A stretch of 64,000 nucleotides of DNA, taken from positions 6,448,001 through 6,512,000 of the forward strand of contig OZ024752.1 of the NCBI GenBank assembly GCA_964016885.1, written 5' to 3'. A program made the position numbers and the translations under genes. Of this stretch, positions 40,231 to 55,031 are shown piece after piece. The notes below the pieces were generated by a model that worked only from the letters and a program-made list of their open reading frames with translations, had not been told where the DNA came from and did no database searches. Each line of letters starts with the position of its first letter. Position 1 is the first letter of the stretch. The DNA comes from Eledone cirrhosa. Taxonomy: Eukaryota.

Positions 40231-43200
40231 TATGTGTGTGTGTAGATATGTAAATATATATATATATACTGTTTACATATGAGTGTGTGTAAATATATGT
40301 GTGTGTGTGTAGATATATATATGTGTGTGTAGATATGTGTGTGTGTGTGTATTTTGTCGTATGACATATGCACATTGGTTAAGTAGACAGATCAAGATTG
40401 GTTAGCCCATTGCTTTCTGGGAAGGTTAAAGGATGCTTGTTTAGATGTGGGATCCTGGACGAGGTCTTGGCTGTCAAATTTGAACTCATTCCATGATCTT
40501 CACCACTCTTCCTTCAGATCAAAGTCCATGGATCATTTTCTACCGGGCCACAAAGACTTAATTAACTTGTTTAAAATTATATAATAGATAAATCAAATAT
40601 TGGACTTTAATTTTAAAAGATTTGTTTAACCCTTTAGCATTTAAACTAGCCATATCCGGCCGAAATTTTCTCACCTCTTTCTTTTCAAACTGGCCATAAC
40701 TGGCCACTCATACTGATGTTAAGGTATTGTTCTCAAAATAGATAACATCAAAATCTCGTAGATTCAGTATTATGTAAGATAAAGACTTTAACACAAAAAT
40801 ACAACAGTAAATATAAAGTAATGTAAATGTTAAAGGGTTAAATATTCAATTATCGTCTACTTTAATATCGTCTACTTTAATAAATTGCTCTCTTATCAAA
40901 ATACACTTAAATAACACGTGTGCAACTACTGCTACATGGATAGATCGTCCGGTATGAAGCGAGTCGATGGTATAAAACAGGTTGGAGACCTTTGGTGCTG
41001 ATTTAAGGGATTCTTTCAAACTAATGCCATTGCTTGATATATGTACACCTTGTGTGAGTGTAGATATGTATGTGTGTATGTGTATATATGTATGTATGTG
41101 TACATGTATGTATGTGTACATGTGTGTATGTGTATATATGTATGTATGTGTACATGTGTGTATGTTTACATGTGTGTATGTGTATATATGTATGTTTACA
41201 TGTGTGTATAGTGTATATATGTATGTAAGTGTAAATGTGTGTATGTTTACATGTATGTGTGTGTGTAGATGTGTATGTGTGTGTACATGTGTGTTTGTGT
41301 ATATATGTATGTATGTGTACATGTGTGTATAGTGTAGATATGTATGTATGTGTACATGTGTGTATAGTGTAGATATGTATGTATGTGTACATGTGTGTAT
41401 AGTGTAGATATGTATGTATGTGTACATGTGTGTTTGTGTATATATGTATGTATGTGTAGATATGTATGTATGTTTACATGGGTGTATAGTGTATATATGT
41501 ATGTAAGTGTACATGTGTATGCATATATATGTATGTATGTTTACATGTGTGTATGTGTAGATATGTATGTGTGTGTACATGTGTGTTTGTGTATATATGT
41601 ATGTAAGTGTACATGTGTATGCATATATATGTATGTTTACATGTGTGTATGTGTAGATATGTATGTGTGTGTACATGTGTGTTTGTGTATATATGTATGT
41701 ATGTGTACATGTGTGTATAGTGTAGATATGTATGTAAGTGTACATGTGTATGCATATATATGTATGTATGTTTACATGTGTTTATGTGTAGATATGTATG
41801 TGTGTGTTTGTGTATATATGTATGTATGTGTACATGTGTGTATAGTGTAGATATGTATGTATGTGTACATGTGTGTATGTGTAGATATGTATGTATGTTT
41901 ACATGTGTGTATGTGTATATATGTATGAATGTTTACATGTGTGTATAGTGTATATATGTATGTAGGTGTACATGTGTGTATGTGTATATATGTATGTATG
42001 TTTACATGTATGTGTGTGTGTAGATGTGTATGTGTGTGTACATGTGTGTATGTGTATATATGTATGTATGTTTACATGTATGTGTGTGTGTAGATATGTA
42101 TGTATGTGTACATGTGTGTATGTGTAGATATGTATGTATATTTACATGTGTGTATAGTGTATATATGTATCTATGTTTACATGTGTGTTTGTGTAGATAT
42201 GTATGTATGTGTAGATATGTATGTATGTGTACATGTGTGTATGTGTATATATGTATGTATGTGTAGATATGAATGTATGTGTACATGTGTGTATGTGTAG
42301 ATATGTATGTATGTTTACATGTGTTTGTGTACATGTGTGTTTGTGTAGATGTGTGTTTGTGTAGATATGTGTTTGTGTAGATGTGTTTGTGTAGATGTGT
42401 GTGTATGTTTACATGTGTGTATAGTGTAGATATGTATATATGTGTACATGTACATGTGTGTATGAGTAGCTAGGTGTTTATGTATGTATATGTGTATATG
42501 TATGTATATGTGTGTGTATGCATGTGTGTATGTATGTGTGTGTATGTGTGTATGTATGTGTCTGTGTGTATGTATGTTTGTAAGTATGTATATGTATGTA
42601 TGAGTGTATGTATGTGTGTGTATGTATGTGTGTGTATGTATGTTTATATGTATGTATGTGTGTATGTATATATATGTGTGTATGTATATATGTGTGTGTA
42701 TGTATGTGTATGCGTGTGTATGTATGTGTATGTATGTATGTATGTGTGCATGTATGTGTGTGTGTATGTATGTGTGTATTTATGTGTATGTATATATGTA
42801 TGTGTATATGTATGTGTGTGTGTATGTATATGTGTATATGTATGTGTGTGTGTATGTATGTGTATGTGTGTAAACTAATCTGTCCTGTCCTACATATTCA
42901 TGCATTAAAGAGAACAATTCAGATGTCAGGTAAACACACACACTCTTTCACATACACACACACACTCTTTCACATACACACTCCCACTCACACAGACACC
43001 TCCACTCCCACTCACAGACACTCCCACTCACACAGACACCCCCACTCCCACTCACACAGACACCCCCACCCCCACTCACACCAACTCAAGTATTTTGATA
43101 ATATAAACTAACAATTAGTCATTGATATTCAAACACAACATTCCTTCTGTCACACCTGTAGAGTTGTGTCAGATTTTATTATAGCCACACACAGCACACC

Positions 43201-43279
43201 ATCATGCGCGTGTGTATGTATATCATCATCATATATATATGTGTGTATGTGTGTGTATATATATGTGTGCATGTGTATA

Positions 43280-43334
<55 letters not shown>

Positions 43335-43335
<1 letters not shown>

Positions 43336-46300
43336 AAACTTCAGAGTTGGTACCATAAATGTAGGCACCCTAAAGGGTTGCGCTAACGAGGTTGTAGAAA
43401 TGCTTGAACGTAAGGAGGTCGATGTTTGTTGTATTCAAGAGACCAGGTGGAGGGGTGGGTCTGCTAGATTCATTGAGGGTAAAAAACGATGTTATAAGCT
43501 TTTCTGGGTGGGAAACGACGATGGGCTGGGTGGAGTAGGAATCATGGTAGCGGAAAAGTGGGCAGATAAGATAATAGACGTAAATAGAGTGAACGACAGA
43601 ATAATTAAAATAGAACTACGGTGACAGTAATATCTGCGTACGCACCCCAATCCGGACTGCCTGGCACTATAAAAGACAGATTCTATGAGACACTGATGCT
43701 AACTACCTCCCAAATATCCGACAGTGACTATATAATTATTGCAGGCGACCTAAATGGTCACGTTGGACAACATTGTGACGGCTACGACGAAATCCATGGA
43801 GGCTATGGGTTTGGTACTAGAAATGAGGAAGGCTCCAGAATCCTGGAATTCTGTGATGCAAATAACCTAACTATCTGTAACACTAACTTCAAAAAACGTG
43901 ACAATCACCTGATCACCTATAGATCCGGGGAACACACAAGCCAGGTAGATTATATCCTTACCAGAAGACGTGACAGAGTGTCTGTTGTAAACACCAAATC
44001 CCTCCCCCATGAAGAATGCACCTCCCAACATAGACTGATAATTAGCGACCTCATAGTCAGGACGAGACGTACTCGACAGCAGAAGAGGACTATCCTCAGG
44101 AGAAAAATATGGAAGCTAAAGGACCCCACAGCCAGGAATAAATTTCAAAGCATATTACTTGATGCTTTCGACAGTAAGGAAGAACATTTAGAGTCGGACA
44201 ATATAGAGGGAGAGTGGGAATTTCTGAAAGCAAACCTGCTGTTGGCGACAGACGAAGTCTGTGGCTGGAGCAGGCCTGTAGGCAGGAGGAGAGTAACATG
44301 GTGGTGGAACAGTAAGGTGGAGGGGTCAATTAAGGCCAAAAAGCAGGCTTGGAAAGTATGGCGGGATGGGGGAAGTAGAGAAGACTATCAAGTGGCCAGG
44401 AGGGAAGCTAGGAGACAAGTGTACTTAGCAAGAAGGGAAGCTGAGGAAAGAAAGTTCAAGCATGTTCTACAACGCGATGACCAAAAACGTGAGGTGTTCA
44501 GGATTGCTAGGCAATGCGTCAAGGAAAACCGTGATATTGTCGGGGAGAAGTGTGTACTAAACGACGATGGCACACTTGCCATCACCGACGCTGATAAGAA
44601 GGTAGCTTGGAAGTGTCACTATGAAAGGCTACTAAATGAGGAGAATAAATGGGAGAAAGACAGTCTCCCCCATATCGACCCGATAGAGGGACCAGCAGTG
44701 TTAGTCGAGGGGAGTATAATAAGTAAGGCAATCAAGGATATGAAGACGGGTAAGGCGGCTGGGCCTTCGGAAATAGTTGCTGAGATGCTGAAGGCATCTG
44801 GCACGGTGGGACACACCATGGTCACCCGCATAGTTAACCAAGTCGTACAGAATGGGGTTGTTCCGAAGGACTGGCATAGCAGCATCATCGTTAACTGTTA
44901 TAAGGGTAAAGGAGACGCCCTAGATAGGAGTAACTATAGAGGCATTAAATTAATCGACCAGGTCATGAAGGTCACGGAAAAAGTAATAGCGCAACTAATC
45001 AGAGAGAGAATTGACCTAGATGAAATGCAGTTCGGGTTTGTGTCAGGCAAAAGTACCACAGACGCTCTTTTCATAGTACGACAACTACAGGAGAAGTTCC
45101 TAGCTAAAGGTAAACCCCTCTACTTAGCTTTTGTCGACTTGGAGAAAGCCTTCGACAGAGTCCCCCGCTCCATTATCTGGTGGGCTCTTAGAAAACTAGG
45201 CGTTGACGAATGGCTTGTGAGGGTTATACAAGCCATGTATAAAGAAACAGTCAGCAAGGTTAGAATTAACAACGAATATAGTGAAGAGTTTAGCGTAAAA
45301 GTTGGCGTCCATCAGGGCTCTGTTCTCAGCCCCCTACTATTTATTATTGCCCTTCAGGCTATAACAGAGGAGTTCAAGACAGGCTGCCCATGGGAACTCC
45401 TATACGCAGACGACCTGACACTCATAGTGGAATCAATAGCCGAGCTAGAGAAGAAATTCCAAACATGGAAGCACGGCCTAGAGTCAAAAGGACTTAAAAT
45501 TAACCTGGCTAAGACCAAAGTTCTAGTTTGTAGGAAAGAAAACAAGGCGGCGGTCCCTTCTGGGAAATGGTTGTGCTCGGTGTGTAGGAAAGGCGTAGGT
45601 AGAAACTCCATTTTATGTCCTAAATGCAAAGTATGGGTGCATAAAAGATGTAGTGGGATCACAGGTAAGCTAACTAAGAACATAGATTTTACATGTGGCC
45701 GGTGTTCTGGTGCAATAAGTAGCAGCAAGTGCCCAAAAAATACTAGCTCTTTCAATTGCGCAGAGGGTTCTATAGAAATAGTGGACAGCTTCCGTTACCT
45801 GGGCGATAAAATCAGCAGTGGGGGAGGGTGCTCTGAAAGTACTGTAGCTAGAGTCAGAACTGGTTGGAAAAAGTTCAGAGAGCTTATACCACTATTAGCT
45901 GCTAAAGGGTTCTCCCTAAAAATGAAAGGCAGGTTGTACGATGCCTGCATACGAACAGCAATGCTGCATGGCAGTGAGACCTGGGCATTGTGTGCAGAGG
46001 ATATACGCAGACTAGAGAGGAACGAAGCTTGCATGCTCCGCTGGATGTGTAACAGTAATATACGTGAACGGCAAAGCATAAACGAACTAAGGAAAAAATT
46101 AGAGATAAGAGGGATCAGATGTTGTTTACTCGAGAGAAGGCTACGTTGGTATGGACACGTGATGCGCATGAAAGTCAATAGCTGTATAACAAAGTGCAGG
46201 GCAATAAAGATAGACGGTAGTCACGGAATAGGCAGACCTAGAAAAACCTGGGACGAGCTGATAAACTCCGACATCACACACTTACACCTCTCCAAGACAA

Positions 46301-46743
46301 TGTCACTGGACCGAGACCTTTGGCGGTACTCAGTAACAGAGAAGACCCGCCTTACCTAAATATATAGTAAAACCTACTCCAACCAGTAGGCATCTCTAAC
46401 AAAATACACCCCGTCCCACCACCCCCACCCCATCCTCACCACCCCCTTCTATGTAAAGTTGTGTTGGTGCCACACCATCCAGGCCGAAACAAATGAGATC
46501 GTGTAGGTGTCACAACAAAAAACACACAGTTCACGCTGTAATGTGGCCGTGTAGGCAACACGGTAAAAACCTCCCAGACCCACACTGTAAATGTGGTTGG
46601 TGTTAGGAAGGGCATCCAACTGTAGAAAACCTGCCAGACAGTCCTATGCGAGCAAGACAATCACTCTTGCCTCAAGTGGGACTACCCCCGTCCAAACCCA
46701 TGCAAGCGTGGAACACGGACGTTAAACGTTGATGATGATGATG
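43335..46743 (+). mobile_element. Near full-length RTE-clade LINE (APE endonuclease + reverse transcriptase + PHD-like finger), one frameshift at ~43621
   Basis: APE motifs (GTINVGTL, CCIQETRW, AGDLNGHVG, VDYIL, SQHRL); RT motifs (QFGF, FVDLEKAFD, GVHQGSVLSP, YADD); C-terminal RLRWYGHV/GRPRKTW; 3'UTR ending in (GAT)n. Confidence 0.95.
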
Positions 46744-47489
46744 TCTGTGTGTGTATATATATATGTGTGTGCGTGTGTATATATATATATATATATATAT
46801 GTGTCTGTGTGTGTATATATATGTGTGTGCGTGTGTATATATATATATATATGTGTCTGTGTGTGTGTATATATATGTATGTGCGTGTATATATATATAT
46901 ATATGTGTGTGTGCGTGTGTATATATATATATATTTGTGTGTGTGTGTGTATTTATTTATTGATAGAAATTTTACTTTATTCACAGTTGTATAAATAATT
47001 TTACAACTTGCTCTCAATTCTTACAGAATGAAAATATAAACATAAATATAAACACTTATAAGAAATACAACTAATGCTAGGAACCTCACAAATATAACAC
47101 CAAAATATAGGACCAGAGCAAGAGAAAGGGGAAAAAAGGGGAAACAAAAACAAAAATGACCACTAATTCACCACCAAATGCCACAATCGGCTGTAACATC
47201 ACATCTTAAGGGCCAACACTTGCAGTATTACGAGGCTAAAGTGCTGAAACAACCAGGGACCTTCACGGGCATCATTTGAGACCTGAGTAAGGTGAGCCGC
47301 AAGTGATGACGAGAACTTCGCTGTGTGTGGCCCAACTCCACCAAATGTCTAGAATGCTACACGCTGGAAAAAATAATCATTAGATACATCCAGGTGACCC
47401 CCACATTTACTGCGGCATCCATAATGTGGGAGGGAGCAAAAGAGTCACTGTCTGTGACGTCCCAGATGAGATACCTACCTCTTACCCAA

Positions 47490-48082
47490 ACTCGCTATCT
47501 TCAATTCAGTTTCCATGCCAACCCTTATTTATGGTCATGAATCTTGGGTAATGACCAAAAGAATACGATCGCGAATACAAGCGGGCGAAATGGGATTCCT
47601 CTGAAGGGTCTTTGGAGTAACGTTAATTGAGAAAGTGCTTAACTCGGAGATCAGAGGGTCACTCCAGGTAGAGCCGCTACTTCTCCAAATTGAGAGACCA
47701 CAGCTCCAGTATTACATGCATGTGGTTAGAATGTCTCAGGAAAGAATCACAGGACAGATTTATAGCTTGGAGATCAGAGAGTCACTCCAGGTAGGGCCAC
47801 TACTTGCTCCGAATTGAGTCACTCCAGGTAGAGCTGCTACTTCTCCGAATTGAGAGTCACTCCAGGTAGAGCCGCTATTCTCCCAATTGAGTTACTCCAG
47901 GTAGAGCCGCTACTTTTCTGAATTGAGAGATCACAGCTCCAGTATTATGGACACGTGATTAGAATGTCTCAGATCGCTAAAGCTCACAAAGGTACGCAAC
48001 AAGTGGAGAGATTCTGTACTGCGAAAGAACAGTCTAACCCATGCAAGTGTGGAACAACAGACATAAAATAATGATGATGACT
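47490..48082 (+). mobile_element. Degenerate RTE LINE 3' fragment with internal ~38-bp duplications
   Basis: YGHESWVMTKRIRSRIQAGEMGFL*RV...NSEIRGSLQVEPLLLQIER...YYGHVIRMS; tail aacccatgcaagtgtggaac...gatgatga. Confidence 0.8.
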
Positions 48083-48469
48083 ACTTTACCCTAATTCCAT
48101 CATTACGTTTCCTATCTGAATCCTACCGGCTTTCCCAATCCACTGTTTCGTATAAACTACTTGTAAATAACTTTGTTAGTTTCTAGTATTTATAACTTAC
48201 ATGTTGACCTTATTTTCATTATAGAAGTTAATAGTTATTGTGACTGGAATTTAATATAGATTGTATGAGAGTTATGCCCTGCTTTATAATTTGTTAGTAT
48301 TCAATAGCTACTAAGTAGGTTAGAAGTAAAATTAGGGCAGATGAGTGACATTGGTATGGTTTGTAGGAGATTAAACACCATTGATACCAATCCTGCCAAA
48401 AATTGTCTCTCCCTCTATAGGCCTAAACTAACCATTTTAAAGGGCTTTTATTTAACTTTAAAGTTTATC

Positions 48470-49090
48470 CGAGTGTAAAAACCTAGCCCAGACTCACTAT
48501 AAAGGCTGAAGACATGATATAATAGGAAAGTTGATTCACTGGCATTTATGCAAACTAAACAATTTACCACATTCTGAGAAGTGGTATGAGCATAAGCCAG
48601 AGTTGTGATAGAAAACGATCAAGTGAAGGTGCTGTGGGATTTCAGGATACAGACAGACAAGAAGTTAGAACACAATAGGCTTGACCTGGTGGTTTTTGAC
48701 AAGGAAAAAAGGTTGTGCCTGATTGTAGATGTAGCCTACCCTTTTGACACGAGAGTGCAAGAAAAGGAGAAGGAGAAAATTAACTGATACCAGGATTTAA
48801 AGTGGGAGTTAAAAAGGATTTGGGACTGTGATGAGATCAAGGTCGTCCCGATTGTCATAGGAGCACTAGGTACTATCTCAAAGGGTTTTCAAGGATGGTT
48901 AAAGAACATTAGTCCAGCCCTGTTTTTTGGAACACTTCAAAAGGTATGCTTGCTGGGAACAGCAAGAACCCTCCGGTATGTCCTGAATATCTGAGGCTGC
49001 AGGTAGCGACTTGATGTTCATTTGGACAAACTTTCCAGTTAAATAACATCAATGACTGAGACTCCAAGAATAATAATAATAATAATAATA
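48470..49090 (+). mobile_element. R4/Dong-like non-LTR retrotransposon 3' fragment (restriction-like endonuclease), pseudogenised
   Basis: RHD...IHW...KWYEH, VLWDFRIQTD...HNRLDLVV...IVDVAYP...EKI*YQDL...VPIVIGALG...QKVCLLGTARTLRYVL*; (TAA)n tail. Confidence 0.85.
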
Positions 49091-49942
49091 GTTTCTACAT
49101 TTGGCACAAGGCCAGCAATTACCCAGTGTATTACTGGTACTTTATTTTATCGACCCCGAAAGGATGAAAGGCAAAGTTAACCTTGGCGGGATTTGAACTC
49201 AGAATGGTAAGGACCGTAACTCTATGCGTCAAAGCATGGCGTCCAACGCTCTACCGATACTGCCAATCCTCCACCCTATTAATAATAATAATGAAATTAT
49301 TGTGTACAGTGCTCAGATGCACTACAACTCATCAAAGGTGCATGTGTAGTACATAGAATAATGTACAAATGTCAGGAAAGTGAACAGTGAATGGATAAGT
49401 AAGAGATTTGAAATAAAACAAAAGGCACTGCAGTCAATATAATCAACTAAATCTCTTTATAGAGGTGCCCCAGCATGGCCAGCTGTAGTCTAATGACTAA
49501 AACCAATAAAAGAAGTTTTTAAGGTAGATATCACTGTGAGTATTCCATCACAAAAGCATATGAATTTTCAAAATATAATCATTTATTTTGTAAAGGCAGA
49601 AGCTTGGATTTCTTTCACAGCTTAATATTAATTTGTAGAATACATAGAATGTGAAACTGGAGTCAGTTTAGTGAAAATTGATAACAGCACTTGGTAATTT
49701 TTAAATGAGAAACCATGTGAGGGTAAGCTGTTTAGCTAGTTACTGGCTGAAGTAATGAAAGAATGTGAAGAGAAGGAGATAGGGTTTAGTTAGTAAGGTA
49801 TACATATATATCTGGATGTAGCTGACGGATGAGAGGAAAGAGTACTCAATACTGAAGTAGAGTTTAAATATTAATTTGATGATCCTGAGAGTTTGCAGCT
49901 GAAACTCCAGAATAGCAAGACTCACAACTTAGCCATAATAAA

Positions 49943-50016
<74 letters not shown>

Positions 50017-50019
<3 letters not shown>

Positions 50020-50904
50020 GGTGCGGACGATATTTGTTCGCAATTTTCAACTGCTAATTTTATGCAAATTTTTTTTACTTCTGTCGTCACTCTTGTCTTC
50101 ATAAAAACAGTGACTATATTTCCATTATTTATTTTCAGAATAATTGATTATGAATAATTTTGAACCTCCAAATTTGTGGAAGAGACACGGAGTTCTTCTT
50201 GGAATCCACGCCGGGAGGACAATTAAGACCAGAAGATCAACTCCCAGAACAACAGGTGGCTCGCTGTCTCATCCAAAGACGTGCCCAGAGTCATGCAAAC
50301 AAAGTTTCCAGTGACAACATTGGTCTTAGGTGTCATCAGCAGTCAAGGTGACGTCATGCCACCTCACTTCTTCCCTGAGGGCCTCAAGCTGAACACCGAT
50401 GGCTACATTCGCGTTCTGAGCGAGGTAATAAAGCCCTGGATCGACCAGGTAGCTGCAGGTAGGCCGAATGTGTGGTAGCAAGACTCAGCGCCCTGCCATA
50501 CCAGCCGAAAGACCCAAGCCTGGCTGTCAGAGACCTTCGTCGACCACACTTCACCTGACATCTGGCCTCCCAGCTCGCTTGACTGCAACCCCCTCGACTT
50601 CTTTGTGTGGGGCGCAGTGGAATGAGACACCAACAGATCTAGCTGCAATACAAAAGACGATCTGAAGGCCAGGATCACAAGTGCCTTTAGGGGCCTAAGT
50701 TGGGGGACAGTGCCGAAGGCCTGTAGCCGGTTCCGAGGCCGCATTGAGGCCATCATCAAAGCCAATGGCGGGTTTATTGAGAGATCGAAAGAACAAGTCA
50801 TGAAAACAAACTGACCCAAGTTTGATAAATAAATCTTAAAAAATAAAACTACTGTTATTTTCTCCTAGACAGTAATCTTGCGAACAGATATCGTCCGCAC
50901 ACTG
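50017..50904 (+). mobile_element. Tc1/mariner DD37D (maT-type) DNA transposon, internally deleted and inactive
   Basis: 27-bp TIRs CAGGGTGCGGACGATATTTGTTCGCAA (2 mismatches) flanked by TA; QDSAPCH...WPPSSLDCNPLD with 37 residues between the 2nd and 3rd D; two in-frame stops. Confidence 0.92.
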
Positions 50905-51651
<747 letters not shown>

Positions 51652-52088
51652 CCAAAATTTTTTTCTGTTTCTCTCAATCTTTATCTTTCTTTTTCATCTT
51701 TTATTTCTTATTCTATCTTCTGATGAAGGACCACTGATTAAGACTCTTTCCCTACTATATCAAGCATTAAACTAATATATTTCTTCATTGTATTGTGTTG
51801 TTTGCTTTGTTGTTTCCATTTACTTTTTGCACACACACACATACATGAAGGTGCATAGTTCAGTGGTTAGGGTGTTGGATTCACAATTTTAAGGACAGGG
51901 GTTCAATCCCAAGACTAGGTGGCACATTGTGTTCTTGAGCAAGACACTTCATGCTATGTTGCTTTTCATGATAGGACTGAAGCACCTTTATTATAAAAAT
52001 CCCAAAGAAACCTTCTATGAAATGCAACCTAGTAGACGACCAGCTAACCCTGAATAGGTGAGAACTGGACATTTCATTTCAGTTTTCT

Positions 52089-52133
<45 letters not shown>

Positions 52134-53169
52134 CACACACATTTGCTCTGTTAGATGTGTAATATTAATGTATGTTATAATTTTACAAGATGTGTATATC
52201 CAGTTTACAATAGACATATTTTATTCCAGCATTTCATAAGAGACAAGAAAAAGTATTATCCCCAGGAAGGGTAACAATGTAAAACATTGCCCCTAAAAGG
52301 ACTCCATAATGATTTTGAAGCTTGTCATAGGATCCACAAAGCTAACCCTTGATTAAGTTGGGAAAATGGCCTTAAAATGCTTCATAAAACAGCTTACTAA
52401 AGAAAAGTTAGCTAACCTTTTTGATACCAGATGGTTTGAAACCAACCCCAGTTCTACAATATCCCAAACTGTATATTTTAAAATGTTTATTTTATCTATT
52501 AACTTTCCATCAACATTTTATGTAAGAAACTTTCTTAATTTACACACCAAACACAAACTTAAAGAGAATGTTAATTTTATTACTAAATCATTTAAAATTC
52601 TTCATTAAAATGAAAATGATTTGAAAATCATAGGCAGTGTCTTTCATTGGAAATATGATAATGAAAAGGTGAAAAGGACTGTTAGCAAGTGGCATAACAT
52701 ATATTTTTACACCCTCAATCATTTCCAGGACAAATAAACTGCAGTTTGGAAAACCTGTGTTTATATTTCTCTAGCTTAAAGGGACTGTTAGTTTAAGTAT
52801 AAGGTGGTGAATTAGCGGAGTTGTTAGAATGTCAGATAGAATGCTTTGTGGTATTCGTTCTGGTTCTCTGCTTTCTGAGTTCAAATCTCATCAAAGTCAA
52901 CTTTGCCTTTCATCCATTTAAGGTCACCAAAAAAGTACCAGTCTAGTACTGGGATCGATTCTTCCTCTATATCTCTTTCTCACTTCCATTCTCTCACTTT
53001 CTATCCTTCTCAGGAAGAAATCTGCTGTACTCAGACCTGGAGATGGGCTCCACCAGGTTTTAAACTGCCCTAGAAACGCTGTATATCAATATAACACCCC
53101 TACGACTGCCACGGGAGTCACGGGTTAAAATAAAAAAAGGAAAGTTGGCAAATGAAGAAGACAGATTTA

Positions 53170-53427
<258 letters not shown>

Positions 53428-54546
53428 TCAATATTTTATGTCTCTTTTTTCCATGTTTGCAAGACTTAGACAGGAAAACATTTCAGTGAAGAAAGAATAA
53501 CAAATTTCAAGGTGTGTTATTGTTAAATTGTACAGGTATATAACACCTGGTAAAACATAAAAGGTAAGTAAAGTAGGCAACACATAAATAGACATAGAGA
53601 AACACATGTTTTTATCAGTCAACAGGCAGGGCAATGTTTATAATCCTATATTGTTTTCAAGGTCTCCAAACCTGTTGGAACAGAATAAGTAGTATATTTT
53701 CAAAGTGGAGACATGTCCTGAATACTTGCAGTAGAATGGACTCTGCTAAAGACACTATAATGACCAGGTGACTGATTAAATATAAGACCCCAGTAGGTCA
53801 AGACAAGATTTGAACATGAAATGTAAGGAGCTACAACAAATACTTGCAAGGCACCATCTTCTCCTAGTCCACCACCCTAGACTGATACTACAAGGGGTCC
53901 TGTCTGATATGTTAACATCTTCTCTTAGTCCACAAGACCATTACTTATCCCAGCTTCCACAGCATTAACCCTTTAGGGTTCAAACCGGCCAAAACCGGCC
54001 AGAATTCTCTACCTCTTTCTGTTGTAACTGGTCGCTCAAACTGATGTTAAGGTATTGTTTTCAAAATAAATACTTTCAAAATCTCATAGATTCGATATTA
54101 TGTGAGGTAAAGCCTTTACCATGAAAATATAATAGTTTATATAGAGTAATGTGAATGCTAAAGGGTTAAGAGACTGAGTGTACAAGACTCCCCACTGGAC
54201 AGGAGGCCAGTCCATCGCAGGGTTAAACCCCCCAGCTATTGCTGGTACTCATTTTCAGCTGAGTGTACTGGAGCAACGTGAAATGAATGAAGTGTTTTGC
54301 TCAAGAAAACAACATACAACCTAGTCAAGGAATCAAACCCACAACATTATGATCTTAAGTCCAACACTGTTACCACTAGGCCACATGCTTCCACAGGCCA
54401 CTTGCTCAACCTACAATGAGCTATTAATCCATAGTAGTTGTGAATGGTAACCCAAGGTATGGGAACTTCAGGGCCTCAAATAAAGAAAAGCAGAGTGCAA
54501 GGATTTAGTATTGGTAGGACAGACAGGAAATTACAATCCTTCCCAT

Positions 54547-55031
54547 CATCAGGTCGAGCTTGCTCGGCTTTCTACGACACGTTTCCTCCATCCATCTCTG
54601 TCTCTCATAGCGTTTGCCAGTTCTTCCGCAGTGCATCCAGTATCGTCCTCAAGTTGCTTGACGTATGTCTTCTTGGGACGACCAGTGTTTCTTGCTCCAT
54701 GAAATGGACTCCATAACAACACATCACCTGCTATTTCTTCCTTGCTGCGCCAACAGTGGCCAGCAAATCTGAGTCTCTGTCCACGTATTGACCTGCTGAT
54801 AGGTGGTATATTGCCATGGAAAAGATATGGAAATCAAACCTGCCGGCCAAACTGAAAAGGAATTTCTTCAGAGCTGCTGTGGAATCTGTGCTTGTTTATG
54901 GCTCTATCACTTGGACGCTAACGTCGAAACTGGAGAAAAGGCTAGACGGGGCATACACACGTATGCTCCGCGCTGCTTTAAACGTGTCTTGGAGGGAACA
55001 CCCAACAAATAAGGATCTCTATGGCAATATA
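54547..55031. mobile_element. RTE-like LINE 3' fragment with 5' inversion (twin priming)
   Basis: Plus piece KIWKSNL...VESVLVYGSITWTL...LYGNI; minus piece GNIPPISRSIRGQRLRFAGHCWR...GRPKKTY; flanking duplication CTTCCCAT at 54539-54546 and 55032-55039. Confidence 0.85.
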
